This document shows positions 9,615-19,100 of a DNA stretch of 64,000 bases, one piece after another (positions within the stretch are counted from its first letter, which is position 1; every line of letters begins with the position of its first letter). Position numbers and translations under genes: made by a program. The stretch is taken from the NCBI GenBank assembly GCA_902800055.1, contig CADCCW010000007.1, positions 3,788 to 67,787 on the forward strand. Reading direction: 5' to 3'. The notes beneath the pieces were generated by a model. The model was given only the letters and a program-made list of their open reading frames with translations. It was not told the origin of the DNA and searched no databases. The DNA comes from an uncultured bacterium. Lineage in GTDB: Bacteria > Verrucomicrobiota > Kiritimatiellia > RFP12 > UBA1067.

Positions 9615-10957
9615 GCCACGTAGCGCTGCCGCTGAAGTACCGTCCGATGACCTTTGCCGACGTCGTCGGCCAGGAGCATGTCGTGCGCACGCTGAGGCAT
9701 GCCATCGAGTCGGAAAGGGTCGCCAACGCCTATCTCTTCATCGGGCCGCGCGGCATCGGCAAGACCACGCTCTCGCGTATCTTCGCGAAGGCGCTCAACT
9801 GCCAGTCGCCGAACGGTTCCGAGCCTTGCGGCAAGTGCGTGAACTGCCGCGAGATCGCGGCCGGCCGTTCGCTCGACGTCGTCGAGCTCGACGCCGCCTC
9901 GCACAACAAGGTGGAGGATGTGAAGCCGCTGCTGGAGCAGTGTCAGTTCGCGCCGGCGTCGTCGAAGTACAAGATCTACATCGTCGACGAGTGCCACATG
10001 CTCTCGAACGCGGCGTGGAACGCGATGCTGAAGACCCTGGAGGAGCCGCCGCCGCACCTGCGGTTCATCTTCGCGACGACCGAAGGCGACAAGGTGCTCG
10101 CGACCATCATCTCCCGTTGCCAGCGCTTTGACTTGAGGCGCATCCAGACCCACGACATCGTCGCGCGGCTCAAGGACGTCTGCGCGAAGGAGAAGGTGAA
10201 GGCGACCGACGACGCGCTCCTCGCGATCGCCCGCGGCGCCGAGGGCGGCATGCGCGACGCGCTCTCCTCGCTCGACCAGCTCATCTCCTTCAAGGGCTCG
10301 AAGATCGAGGAGGAGGACGTCCTGGGTGTCTTCGGCCTGGTGAGCCGCTCCGCGCTCGAGTCGCTTGCGGGCGCGATACTTAAGGGCGACGTCGCCGCGA
10401 TCCTCTCCGCCATCGACTCTTTTGATTCCGCGGGCAGGAACATGCGGCGCATTTCCGCCGAATTGCTCGGCCACTTCCGCAACCTCGCGGTGCTGCAGGC
10501 GCTGGGCCCGGACGCGCCGTCGCTGGCGGCGACGCCGGAGCAGGTGAAGACTCTCGTCGAGCAGGCGAAGGGCATCGACCCGGGAAGGGTGTTCCGCATC
10601 TGCGACCAGCTGGCGGAGCTGGAGGATTCGCTCCGCTACGCGCTCGGCGCACGCACGCTTATCGAGCTTTCGCTCATCCGCGCTTCGCGGATTGCCTCGA
10701 CCGCCACGATCGAGGAGCTGATGAAGGCGGTGCGGGCGCTTCGGTCGTCCGACGCCGCTTCGCTCGAACTTCCGGTCGCCGCCGCCCCGTCTGCTCCTGC
10801 GTCTGCTCCGGCGCCCGCACCGGCGAAGCCGGCCGAAAGCGCCGTCGACACGGCGGCGATCAACCGCGAAGTCCTTTCCGATCCGGCGGTGACCGCCATC
10901 CTCGCGTCGCTGCCCGGCGCAGCGGTAATGGGCATCAGCGAAAGGAAGCGGGCATGA
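9611..10957 (+). CDS. dnaX: DNA polymerase III subunit gamma/tau
   Basis: ATG 9611 overlaps the lpxA stop (ATGA). KYRPMTFADVVGQEHV, GPRGIGKTT, Zn module CGKCVNC, YIVDECHML, SRCQRF. Confidence 0.92.
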   Translation: MSHVALPLKYRPMTFADVVGQEHVVRTLRHAIESERVANAYLFIGPRGIGKTTLSRIFAKALNCQSPNGSEPCGKCVNCREIAAGRSLDVVELDAASHNKVEDVKPLLEQCQFAPASSKYKIYIVDECHMLSNAAWNAMLKTLEEPPPHLRFIFATTEGDKVLATIISRCQRFDLRRIQTHDIVARLKDVCAKEKVKATDDALLAIARGAEGGMRDALSSLDQLISFKGSKIEEEDVLGVFGLVSRSALESLAGAILKGDVAAILSAIDSFDSAGRNMRRISAELLGHFRNLAVLQALGPDAPSLAATPEQVKTLVEQAKGIDPGRVFRICDQLAELEDSLRYALGARTLIELSLIRASRIASTATIEELMKAVRALRSSDAASLELPVAAAPSAPASAPAPAPAKPAESAVDTAAINREVLSDPAVTAILASLPGAAVMGISERKRA

Positions 10958-11487
10958 GGGTGGCGCTTGCAGCGTTTGCCGCGGCGGTTGCCGTCTTCGC
11001 ATTTGCCGCGCCGGAACCTGATCCGGCGGCGGAAGAGGCGACCGAGGAGATCGTCCTCAACATAGAGCTGGACAAGAGCGGCGTCGTCTCCAAGCGCGTC
11101 TTGCCGATGCCGCCGGCGGCCGGGAAGCTCTTCCGCCGCTACCTTTCGCTCGCCGACTGGCAGTGTCCGCTCACCATCATGAAGAGCGAGGGCAAGGGGC
11201 GCGACTTCGCGTGGATTGTCGGGCGCAACCAGTCCTGCAGCCAGCTCGTGTTCCTGACCTCGAACCTGACCGCGCGTCCGCGCGAGATCAGGTACCTTCT
11301 TTCCTCGAAGGAGTCGCTGACGCCGGTGTACCGCCGCGTCGTCTCCGACAACCGCGGCCGCACCTGGCGGCGGTTTGCGTTCGAGCCGCCGCACTTCAAC
11401 GGCATCGTCTGCGCGAGCACGTCGCAGCAGGGCAGGATCGAGGTTCCCCCGTACACGGTCCAGGTGGTCTTTGTGAGGCTGAGATGA
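10954..11487 (+). CDS. hypothetical secreted protein
   Basis: ATGA overlap with dnaX. Signal peptide is MRVALAAFAAAVAVFAFA. No recognised domain. The C-terminal strand TVQVVFVRLR resembles the end of the next gene (TVQVVIFPLRL). Confidence 0.55.
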   Translation: MRVALAAFAAAVAVFAFAAPEPDPAAEEATEEIVLNIELDKSGVVSKRVLPMPPAAGKLFRRYLSLADWQCPLTIMKSEGKGRDFAWIVGRNQSCSQLVFLTSNLTARPREIRYLLSSKESLTPVYRRVVSDNRGRTWRRFAFEPPHFNGIVCASTSQQGRIEVPPYTVQVVFVRLR

Positions 11488-13136
11488 GCATACTTGCGAT
11501 ACTGCTGGCGGCGACGATCACCATCGACGTCGACAAGAGTCCAATCAAGGACCAGCGCGACTCCACCTGCCGCCCGGACCTCGGCTACGCCGGGTGTCTG
11601 ACCGAGGTGTCGCTCTACAACGAGGCGTTTCCCGTCTGGGCCTACGGCCAGGGGATCAAGGAGACCGAGAAGGCGCTGCGCGCGTGCGGCGCGAGGTTCA
11701 TCCGCCAGTGGAACGCGGTGGATGAGTGGCAGATGGGCATGGCGGGCCACTGGAACCGCGCCAACCCGAGGGACTACTTCTCGCTCTGGAAGAAGATGGG
11801 CATCAAGGTGCTGCTGACGCTCGAGAACTACTCCGTCTACCCCAACAAGTCCGCCACCGGCAAGAAGACCTCGGACATCGGGACGGTCAAGCAGACTATC
11901 GGCCGGTACGTCAAGTGGCTGGTGGACAACCGGTTCAAGGACGTCGTCGCGGGCTTCGAGCTCGGCAACGAGCCGTACTTCGGCGCCGACCCCGAGACCT
12001 ACGCCGCTCGCTGGTGCGAGATCCTGCCGGAGATAAGGAAGCACTGGCCGGACGCGAAGATCGGCATTCCGATTGCGGAGTACCGCGCCGGCGATCCCGA
12101 CCTGGATGCGGTGCGCCGCCGTCTCGGCGAGAAGAAGATGATGCCCGGCGGCGGCGAGTTCGAGATCAACCGCTTCAACCAGTGGTCCGGCAGGTTCGTG
12201 ACCGCGATGTCGAACGAGATCGACAACATCTCGCACGTCATCTACCACTTCTATGGCGGCGACGCCGCGTACGGCTGCAGTGCGAGCGGCTTCGGGCGCG
12301 TCCACAACTTTGCGAAGATCTATCCGCAGATCGCCGGCAAGCGGGTGTGGATTTCGGAGTGGCGCGAGCGGTCCGACGAGGACATGCGCTGCCACCGGAT
12401 GTTCTTCTCGACGCTTTGGAAGGCCCACTACATGCTCATCGTCCTCGCCCAGCCGGACGTCGACGGCGTCAACCAGCACTGCATCGGCTGCTATTCCGGG
12501 GGGCTGAACATCTCGATGAACTGCTCGTTCAAGGACGAGCCCTGGCGCAGCGGCTTCCACTTCCAGAGCGACCCGGCCGGCGGCTACAACTTCTACCCCG
12601 ACCCCGACGCCGGCTACGGCATCCGCCGCTACGAGGTCGGGCCCGCCGGCCCGCTCTACCGCATCTACACCGACGCGCTGATGGACCACCCGATCATCCT
12701 CGAGCACGGCCTCTACGGCAAGCAGGGCAAGGAGGCGAACTTCTGGACGAGCGCGCTCTACTACGCGGCGGGCAATGCCGAGCGCGCGGCGCTGGCGCGG
12801 GGCGAGCCGCAGTCGCGGGTGCCGCGGGCGAAGGGGAACGTGGAGTGGATCGCGGCGCTTTCGGGCAACCGGCGGTCGCTTGCGCTTCTGATGGTGAACA
12901 CCACCGATGTGGAGCAGCAGCTCGACGTCGTCCTCCACGGCAGCACCTTCGCCGGGCCGGCGAAGGCGCAGACGGTCTCCTGCCCGCACGAATACGTCTA
13001 CTACTACAGCATCCCGGCCGAACCGCCGCTCTGGTCGGAGGGGACGCAGCGCTTCACCTCGGTCTACGGCGAGCGCGCCGACATCTCGATCCGGCCGGAC
13101 ACGGTGCAGGTCGTCATCTTCCCGCTCCGCCTGTGA
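11484..13136 (+). CDS. glycoside hydrolase, clan GH-A (TIM barrel) like
   Basis: ATGA overlap with the preceding gene. Candidate acid/base is FELGNEPYFG and candidate nucleophile is KRVWISEW. Family not assignable by eye. Confidence 0.55.
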   Translation: MSILAILLAATITIDVDKSPIKDQRDSTCRPDLGYAGCLTEVSLYNEAFPVWAYGQGIKETEKALRACGARFIRQWNAVDEWQMGMAGHWNRANPRDYFSLWKKMGIKVLLTLENYSVYPNKSATGKKTSDIGTVKQTIGRYVKWLVDNRFKDVVAGFELGNEPYFGADPETYAARWCEILPEIRKHWPDAKIGIPIAEYRAGDPDLDAVRRRLGEKKMMPGGGEFEINRFNQWSGRFVTAMSNEIDNISHVIYHFYGGDAAYGCSASGFGRVHNFAKIYPQIAGKRVWISEWRERSDEDMRCHRMFFSTLWKAHYMLIVLAQPDVDGVNQHCIGCYSGGLNISMNCSFKDEPWRSGFHFQSDPAGGYNFYPDPDAGYGIRRYEVGPAGPLYRIYTDALMDHPIILEHGLYGKQGKEANFWTSALYYAAGNAERAALARGEPQSRVPRAKGNVEWIAALSGNRRSLALLMVNTTDVEQQLDVVLHGSTFAGPAKAQTVSCPHEYVYYYSIPAEPPLWSEGTQRFTSVYGERADISIRPDTVQVVIFPLRL

Positions 13137-13158
13137 AGTGGCGCGCGACGGCGCCTTT

Positions 13159-13167
13159 TGGTATAAT
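13159..13167 (+). promoter_or_regulatory. extended -10 promoter (TGGTATAAT), near-leaderless KASIII gene
   Basis: The hexamer ends 9 nt before ATG 13177. Confidence 0.55.
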
Positions 13168-13176
13168 ACGGCTCAT

Positions 13177-14187
13177 ATGAAGATTCTCGATATCGGTGGA
13201 GTTGCGGTAGAGGGCGTCTATGCCTGCGTTCCGGCGCACGAGGTGGACGTCGTCGCTTCGCTGCGGCCGCTTGTTGGCGACAAGGCGGAAGGCGTCGTCG
13301 AGGCGACCGGCATCCGCTTCCGCCGCGTTGCCGAAGCGGGAACGGGCGCGTTCGACCTCTGCGCCGCCGCCGCCGAGCGGCTGCTCCCCGCCTGCGCCGC
13401 CAAGCTGGGGACAAGCCTCGGGGAATATGCGCAGACATTTGGCGCTGTCGTCTTCGTCTCCTTTACCGAGCGGACTCGGATGCCGTCCGCCGCCGCCCGC
13501 GCCCAGGCGCGGCTGGGGTTGCCGAAGGACGTCCTCGCGCTCGACCTCTCACTCGCCTGCTCGGGCTGGGTCTCCGGCCTCCACCTCGCCGCGCTCCTGG
13601 CGCGCGAGACCGGCTGCCGCGTGCTGCTCCTTGACGGCGACGTGCAGTCGACGCGAATCGGCGAGGGCGACTCCTCCACCTTGCCGCTGCTTGCCGACGG
13701 CGGCACCGCCGCCGTGGTCTCGCCTTCGCGGGACGCCGCGCCGTGGCGCTTCGCTTTCCTGGGCGACGGCGAAAAGGGCGGTGTGCTAAGGCTTGACGAG
13801 GGCGGGACGATTGCGATGGACGGCTTCGGCGTCTTCAAGTTCGTCGCCTCCGAGGTGTCGGCGTTCCTGAAGGAATTCATTTCCGCCGCGTCCGAGTCTG
13901 CGTTCGACGCGTTCGTTCCCCACCAGGCCAACATCTACATGGTGCGCCAGCTCGCGAAGTCGCTCGGCATCGCGCCGGAGCGGCTCTGGACCTCGGGCGA
14001 GCGGCTCGGCAACCTTGCCTCGGCGTCGGTGCCGGCGACTATCGCCGCCTGCGCGCCGGCGGCGTTGCGCGCCGGCCGTTCCCTCCGGCTGCTGGCGTCC
14101 GGCTTCGGTGGCGGGCTTTCCGCCTCGGCTGCGCTCCTCTCGCTTGGCCCCGGCACCTGCGTGGAGATCTTCGACTATGGACGCTGA
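13177..14187 (+). CDS. 3-oxoacyl-ACP synthase III (FabH)-like condensing enzyme
   Basis: Cys-His-Asn triad contexts: LSLACSGWVSGLHLA, VPHQANIYM, GNLASASVP. Confidence 0.8.
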   Translation: MKILDIGGVAVEGVYACVPAHEVDVVASLRPLVGDKAEGVVEATGIRFRRVAEAGTGAFDLCAAAAERLLPACAAKLGTSLGEYAQTFGAVVFVSFTERTRMPSAAARAQARLGLPKDVLALDLSLACSGWVSGLHLAALLARETGCRVLLLDGDVQSTRIGEGDSSTLPLLADGGTAAVVSPSRDAAPWRFAFLGDGEKGGVLRLDEGGTIAMDGFGVFKFVASEVSAFLKEFISAASESAFDAFVPHQANIYMVRQLAKSLGIAPERLWTSGERLGNLASASVPATIAACAPAALRAGRSLRLLASGFGGGLSASAALLSLGPGTCVEIFDYGR

Positions 14188-14410
14188 GCGCGAGTTCCTC
14201 GATTTTGCCGCTGCGCTTTTCGGCGTCGATGCCGCGGCAGTTTCGCTCGCCACCGCCTATGGATCGATCCCGGAGTGGGACAGCGTGATGCAGCTTCGGC
14301 TGGTGATGGAGTTCGAGGCGCGCTATGGCGTTGCCGTCGCGCTTGAGGAAGTGGCGGAGATGACGACGCTCGGGAAATTCTTCGCCAAACTTGGGAAGGG
14401 CGGGACGTGA
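14177..14410 (+). CDS. acyl carrier protein (ACP-1)
   Basis: 77 aa. Phosphopantetheine site context is IPEWDSVMQLRLV. Overlaps both neighbours. Confidence 0.7.
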   Translation: MDAEREFLDFAAALFGVDAAAVSLATAYGSIPEWDSVMQLRLVMEFEARYGVAVALEEVAEMTTLGKFFAKLGKGGT

Positions 14411-15741
14411 AGGTCGCGATTCTCTCCAACGTCACCACCTCCGTCCTGGCGGGAATGCTCCGCGGCGAGGCCGAGGTCTGGTCGCCGCCAGGCCATGGCG
14501 CCTGGATGGAAACGGCGCTTTCGGTCCCGGACGACCTGGTGGCATTCTCGCCGGAGCGGATCTACATTCTCCTCGACCGCCGCTTTGCCGCGGTGTCCGC
14601 CGATCCTGCCGAGGCCGTTGCCGCGCTCGCGCGCCGCTTTCCCGGCGCGGCGGTGATTGTCCCGGACCTGGCGGCGATGGCGGCGGAGATCGGCGACGGG
14701 TTCTACGACGAGCGGATGTGGAAACTTGCGCGAATGCCGTGGTCGCTTGTCGGCCTTAGGGAGATTGCCAAGTCGATTGCGCCGCTCAAGAAGGTGCTGG
14801 CGCTCGACTTCGACGGAGTGCTGTGGCATGGCGCCGCGGGCGAGGGCGAGGTGGAGACCTGCGTCGGCTTCCAGCGCGAAGTCGCTGCGCTTGCGCGGCG
14901 CGGCGTGGTGCTGGCTGCGCTCTCCAAGAACAACATTGCCGACGTCGAGGCGGCTTTCGAGAAGTCGGGGTCGACGCTGTCGCTCGAGGATTTCGCCGCC
15001 GTGCGCGTCGACTGGCAGCCGAAGCCGGAGAACCTTGTCGCCGTTGCGGAGGAGCTTAACCTCGGCCTTGATTCGTTTGTGTTTGTTGACGACAGCCCCG
15101 CGGAGCGCGCGGAGATGCGCGCGAGGCTGCCGGGTGTGTGCGTGCCGCCGTTTCCGCCGCGGCTGGATGGCTATTTCCCGTCCGCCGAGACAGCGACGCC
15201 CGAGGACGCCGTGCGCGCCGCGGGCTACCGCGCCGAGTCCGAGCGCCGCCGCTTTGCCGCGGGCAGGAGCCTGGACGACTATCTCGAGTCGCTTGAGATC
15301 CACACCGACATCCACCTCGTCCGCGCGGACGAGGCGGCGCGGGTGGCGCAGCTGAGCCAGCGCGCCAACCAGTTCAACGTCTGCACCAACCGCTATTCCG
15401 AGTCGGAGGCGGCGGCGTTCGTCGGCGAGGAAGGCGGCTTTACCGCCACCATGTCGGCTGGCGACCGGTTTGGCGAGCTTGGCCTCGTCGCCTTTGTGCG
15501 CGTACGCGGCGGCGAGATCGTCGACTGGGTGATGAGCTGCCGCGCGATGAACCGCCGGCTGGAGTTTGCGCTGGAGGAGTTTGTCGAGGCGGAGGCGAAG
15601 CGGCGCGGAATTAGGCGGCTTGTCGCCGCATGGCGGTGCACCGCCAGGAACGAGCCGGTGCGGGAGCTCTTCGACCGCTTCGGCTTCACGCTGGTGTCGG
15701 AGAACAGGGACGAAAGGCGGTATGAACGAATTCTTGGATAG
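14407..15741 (+). CDS. FkbH-like HAD-IIIC phosphatase with C-terminal GNAT-like domain
   Basis: GTG start overlaps the ACP-1 stop (GTGA). LALDFDGVLWHG (DxD), LSKNN, and VFVDDSPAERAEM are HAD motifs. C-terminal acyltransferase-like fold. Confidence 0.8.
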   Translation: MKVAILSNVTTSVLAGMLRGEAEVWSPPGHGAWMETALSVPDDLVAFSPERIYILLDRRFAAVSADPAEAVAALARRFPGAAVIVPDLAAMAAEIGDGFYDERMWKLARMPWSLVGLREIAKSIAPLKKVLALDFDGVLWHGAAGEGEVETCVGFQREVAALARRGVVLAALSKNNIADVEAAFEKSGSTLSLEDFAAVRVDWQPKPENLVAVAEELNLGLDSFVFVDDSPAERAEMRARLPGVCVPPFPPRLDGYFPSAETATPEDAVRAAGYRAESERRRFAAGRSLDDYLESLEIHTDIHLVRADEAARVAQLSQRANQFNVCTNRYSESEAAAFVGEEGGFTATMSAGDRFGELGLVAFVRVRGGEIVDWVMSCRAMNRRLEFALEEFVEAEAKRRGIRRLVAAWRCTARNEPVRELFDRFGFTLVSENRDERRYERILG

Positions 15742-15946
15742 AATGGCGGAAGTGCTGGAGGTGCCGGTGACGCCCGAGACGCGTTTTCGCGAACTGGCGG
15801 GATACTCGTCCCTCAAGGGCTTTGGCCTCATGGTGGTGCTTGAGAACGAGTACCATCGCCCGATTTCCATCTCCGAGTTCGCCGCCATGTCGACCATCCG
15901 CGACCTCGCCGCAGCCGCCGGCAGTGCTATTAGACATAATTGTTAG
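15722..15946 (+). CDS. acyl carrier protein-like (ACP-2)
   Basis: 74 aa. GYSSLKGFGLMVVLE helix II-like context. Overlaps the FkbH 3' end by 20 nt. Confidence 0.55.
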   Translation: MNEFLDRMAEVLEVPVTPETRFRELAGYSSLKGFGLMVVLENEYHRPISISEFAAMSTIRDLAAAAGSAIRHNC

Positions 15947-15959
15947 TGTTTGAGTGTTT

Positions 15960-16032
15960 AACACACGGATTTGTTCGCGACTACGTCGCTCACAGATGGC
16001 GAAGGTCGTAGACTAGAGCAAATCCGTGTGTT
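15960..16032 (+). repeat. hairpin repeat copy B (perfect 14-bp arms AACACACGGATTTG / CAAATCCGTGTGTT)
   Basis: Same element as 3834-3906. Starts 14 nt after the ACP-2 stop. Flanks (TTTGAGTxTTTAAC on the left, TAxAACTA on the right) are also shared. Confidence 0.85.
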
Positions 16033-16041
16033 ATAACTAAA

Positions 16042-16076
16042 CACGAGCCACGAATCACGAACCACGAAGCACGAAA
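16042..16076 (+). repeat. tandem heptamer array CACGAAN x5
   Basis: CACGAGC CACGAAT CACGAAC CACGAAG CACGAAA. Related arrays are at 38909-38922, 45401-45435 and 51289-51323. Confidence 0.85.
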
Positions 16077-16105
16077 CCGAGGGGGTTGCCAAACTGCCGC
16101 GGATT

Positions 16106-16114
16106 TGGTATTAT
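16106..16114 (+). promoter_or_regulatory. extended -10 promoter (TGGTATTAT) for P2
   Basis: Followed by a 46-nt leader with GGAGGA SD and ATG 16161. Confidence 0.5.
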
Positions 16115-16160
16115 CCCCAGCAATGACATACCGGACTACCCTAAAATCGGAGGATAAACG

Positions 16161-19100
16161 ATGAATGGAGTGAAAAATCTCGCGTGTATGGTTGTTTTGT
16201 CGGTTGCCGTCGCGCTCGGCGCGGCAAGCGCATTGGCCGGCGAGTGGACATACGATGCATCCACCAATCCCAAGACCATCTCGGACGGCAATTGGACGAT
16301 TGCACTCTTGGACGCAGACCTTGAAAATGGCATGGTCCAGCTGGGCAACATCACCGCCGGGTCGGGCGTCCTCGACCTTCGCGACCTGACGGTGGACGGC
16401 CATCGCGTCACCTCGATCATGTTCCATCCCAACAGCGGCGCCTACGCCACGAGCTGGAAGACATGGAACATTTCCGACTTCCTAATCGATGCATTTGACA
16501 GCGTCGCCGATGACCGGCACAACACGCTGGTGTTTGGCGGCAACGCGAACATCAAGAACATCGAGATTTCCGGCGGCAATGTCACTTCGTTCAGCACCGA
16601 ATTATCTGGCATGACGGGCTTGACGAATGTTGTGATCCGCCTGCCGTCTCTCCAGACGTTTGGCGCCTCCAACCAGAATAGCGGCTTTTACAACTGTACA
16701 GCCCTCAAGCGCGTAGTCCTCGACTGCCCGAAGCTGTATTCTCTTGGTCAGAACGTCTACGGCAACTGCACAGCGCTCGAAGGCGACGTCGGCGACTACA
16801 TCCCGCCTTCGGTCACCAACTTCTGGCAGAACTTGCAGTTCACCGCTGCTGGCGTGACGGGGACGCTGGTGTTGACCAATCTCCAGTCGGTGAATTACAT
16901 GAACTTCTCTGGCATCGGTGACACGAAGATAACCTTCACCGGGACAAGTCTGGCGGGCTCTCAGATGTTCCGCCAAAGATGGGGCGATGTCACCTTGATC
17001 GCGCCCGAACTGACAAACATGGTGTTTAATAAGAGCTACGTCTGGAGCAGCTGCACGATCACGAACTTCACCTTCTATCTGCCGAAACTCGAAACGACGG
17101 TTGCGCTGGGCTCCTCCGTAAAGACCGTGACGTTCCTGAACGCCGCACCGGAAAAGTCGCTCGTGCAGACTTTGGCCGGGAACTTCACGGCATCGAACTA
17201 CGGCATCGACAAGATTGGCAAGATCTACTGCTCGAAGTATATGGGCTGGCAGGGTGTCGCCGACGCAATGACGATTGCGGAAGACCTATCGAGATACAAA
17301 CCGGATGGTTGCTTCGGCGTCCTGCACGACACGAACGGGAAGACACGCGCCTGGCTCGTCCACCGCAACTCGCCATACGAACCCCGCCTTGGCCTTTCCG
17401 TCAGCGGCGATGCAATTACGGTGACTGTTCCAGCGGGGATCATCGCCGCGACCAACCGGCTTGCCCTCTGCTGGGGTGCGTCCGACGCGGGCGAGTCCTT
17501 CGGCAACTGGGATCACTCCGCGATTTTCAGCGAAGAGGTGACGCCGACCGGCGGCGTCTGGACTATTTCCGCCGCCGCGAACGGCATTGTCGCGGGTTCC
17601 GTGCTACGCCCGTGTCTCGTCGAGTCGTACAAAGTCGTTGAATACGCGGAAACCACTTCGACTAAGACGCTTGCCGTCAATACCGGCGTCCGGGCGAAGA
17701 CTGGTCTTCACGTGAAGACGAAGATGCGCTGGTTCGCGCTTGGCGACATCGAGTTCTGCGGCGGACGCTACGCCGGCGGCGACTACACACGCATGTACGC
17801 CATCCACGCCATGTCAAGCAAATGGCTGATTGGTCATAGAGGCGTCACCGTTGTCGGGTCGGCGATTTCGATCGGAACCGACTACGAAGTTGAGTCTAAG
17901 ATGTATCTCGGTTCGCAGACGATGTCCGTCGACGGGGTGCAGGTATGCGCAATGACCGATAATTCTGAAGTCGACACGGCCGGTCCGTGCGCCGTTTTCG
18001 CGGCGTGTTACCCCGGCGAAGCCTCCCCGTATGCTCTTCCGACATACTCGCGCTGCTACTACCTCAAGATGTGGGAGAACGGCAACACGACGGACAACCC
18101 CGAGGGAGATTTGGTGCGCGATTTTGTGCCGATCAAGGACGCGCTCGGTCACGGTGCGCTCTACGACAAGGTGACCGGCAAGGTGTTCAAGTCCGTTTAT
18201 TTCGGCACGGGAACGACCGAATACCTGGCCGTAGGGGACGAGACCGGCGACGAGGTCAGCGAGATGACGGTCGTTGGCGCGGCGGTTTGCTACAATCCGG
18301 CGGGGACGGGTACAGGCGACTTCTACGCCACGCTTGACGGGCGGACGCTGACGATAACGGTCAATCCTGCGGCTGTGATGAACGGCGCCACGGCGCTTTG
18401 CGTCGGCTCCGATGCCAATGACCAGGGGTCCGATGCGAACAACTGGGCGCAAGTAGTGGTCGTTGCCAGGCGTGTGCCGTTCTTCGGCGGCGTCTATCGC
18501 GTCAACCTGAAAGATGCTGGAGTCACGAATGCAGTTGTCCGTCCGTTCCTCGCCCAGGTGACCGAGACCGAGGAACTCTCCTACCTGCGGTCGGTCAACG
18601 TTGGTTTAAATTCGCATGTCCGCACAGGCGTTCCCGCCAAGTCCGGCACACGTGTGGTGACGCGGATGAGCTGGGACAGCACGGCCGCCAACAAAAGTGA
18701 CCAGAGCTACTTTGGCGCAAAGGTCTCAGGCGTCGGAACCCGCTTGCTGCTGATCCACTACTACAATCAGTGGGGCATGGGATACGACGTCGGCATTTGG
18801 AATAAAGGCGCCGTCACGGACGGGAAAGTGTGCGATGTCGAGGTGAAGGCATACGCCGGCTACCAGATGCTCAAGGTTGACGGGACAGAACTGTATTCAG
18901 GGAGCAACTCAACCGAGCTCGACTTCTCGCCAACCGATTTCACCGTGTTCGCCTGCAACTACACGGGGGCCACCCTGGGACTTGCCTCTGCGTCCACCTG
19001 CTACTACCTGAAGGTCTATTCCGACGGCGATGAGACGACGAACCCGGACGGCACGCTCGTGCGCGACTTCGTTCCGGCGCGCCGCGGCGGCGTGCTGGGG

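Noticed and set aside
12907-13176. ORF-track N-terminal extensions upstream of real starts. Examples: 12907-13176, 3902-3970, 19673-19768, 37838-37981, 52674-52796, 5639-5830, 8498-9610, 22544-22903, 26449-26877, 27876-28322, 29482-30294, 46746-47108, 49087-49203, 58341-58556(-), 45282-45719(-).
   Set aside because: They read through the preceding gene or through the TGGTATAAT promoter (translated as IWYN). They are compositionally junk and precede clear signal peptides, SD sites or family-typical N-termini.
15960-16032. The 73-nt hairpin repeats (also 3834-3906) considered as tRNA or tRNA-like genes.
   Set aside because: No cloverleaf can be drawn on either strand. There is no T-loop GTTCRANNC in the right position, no 7-bp acceptor stem with a discriminator, and no anticodon arm.
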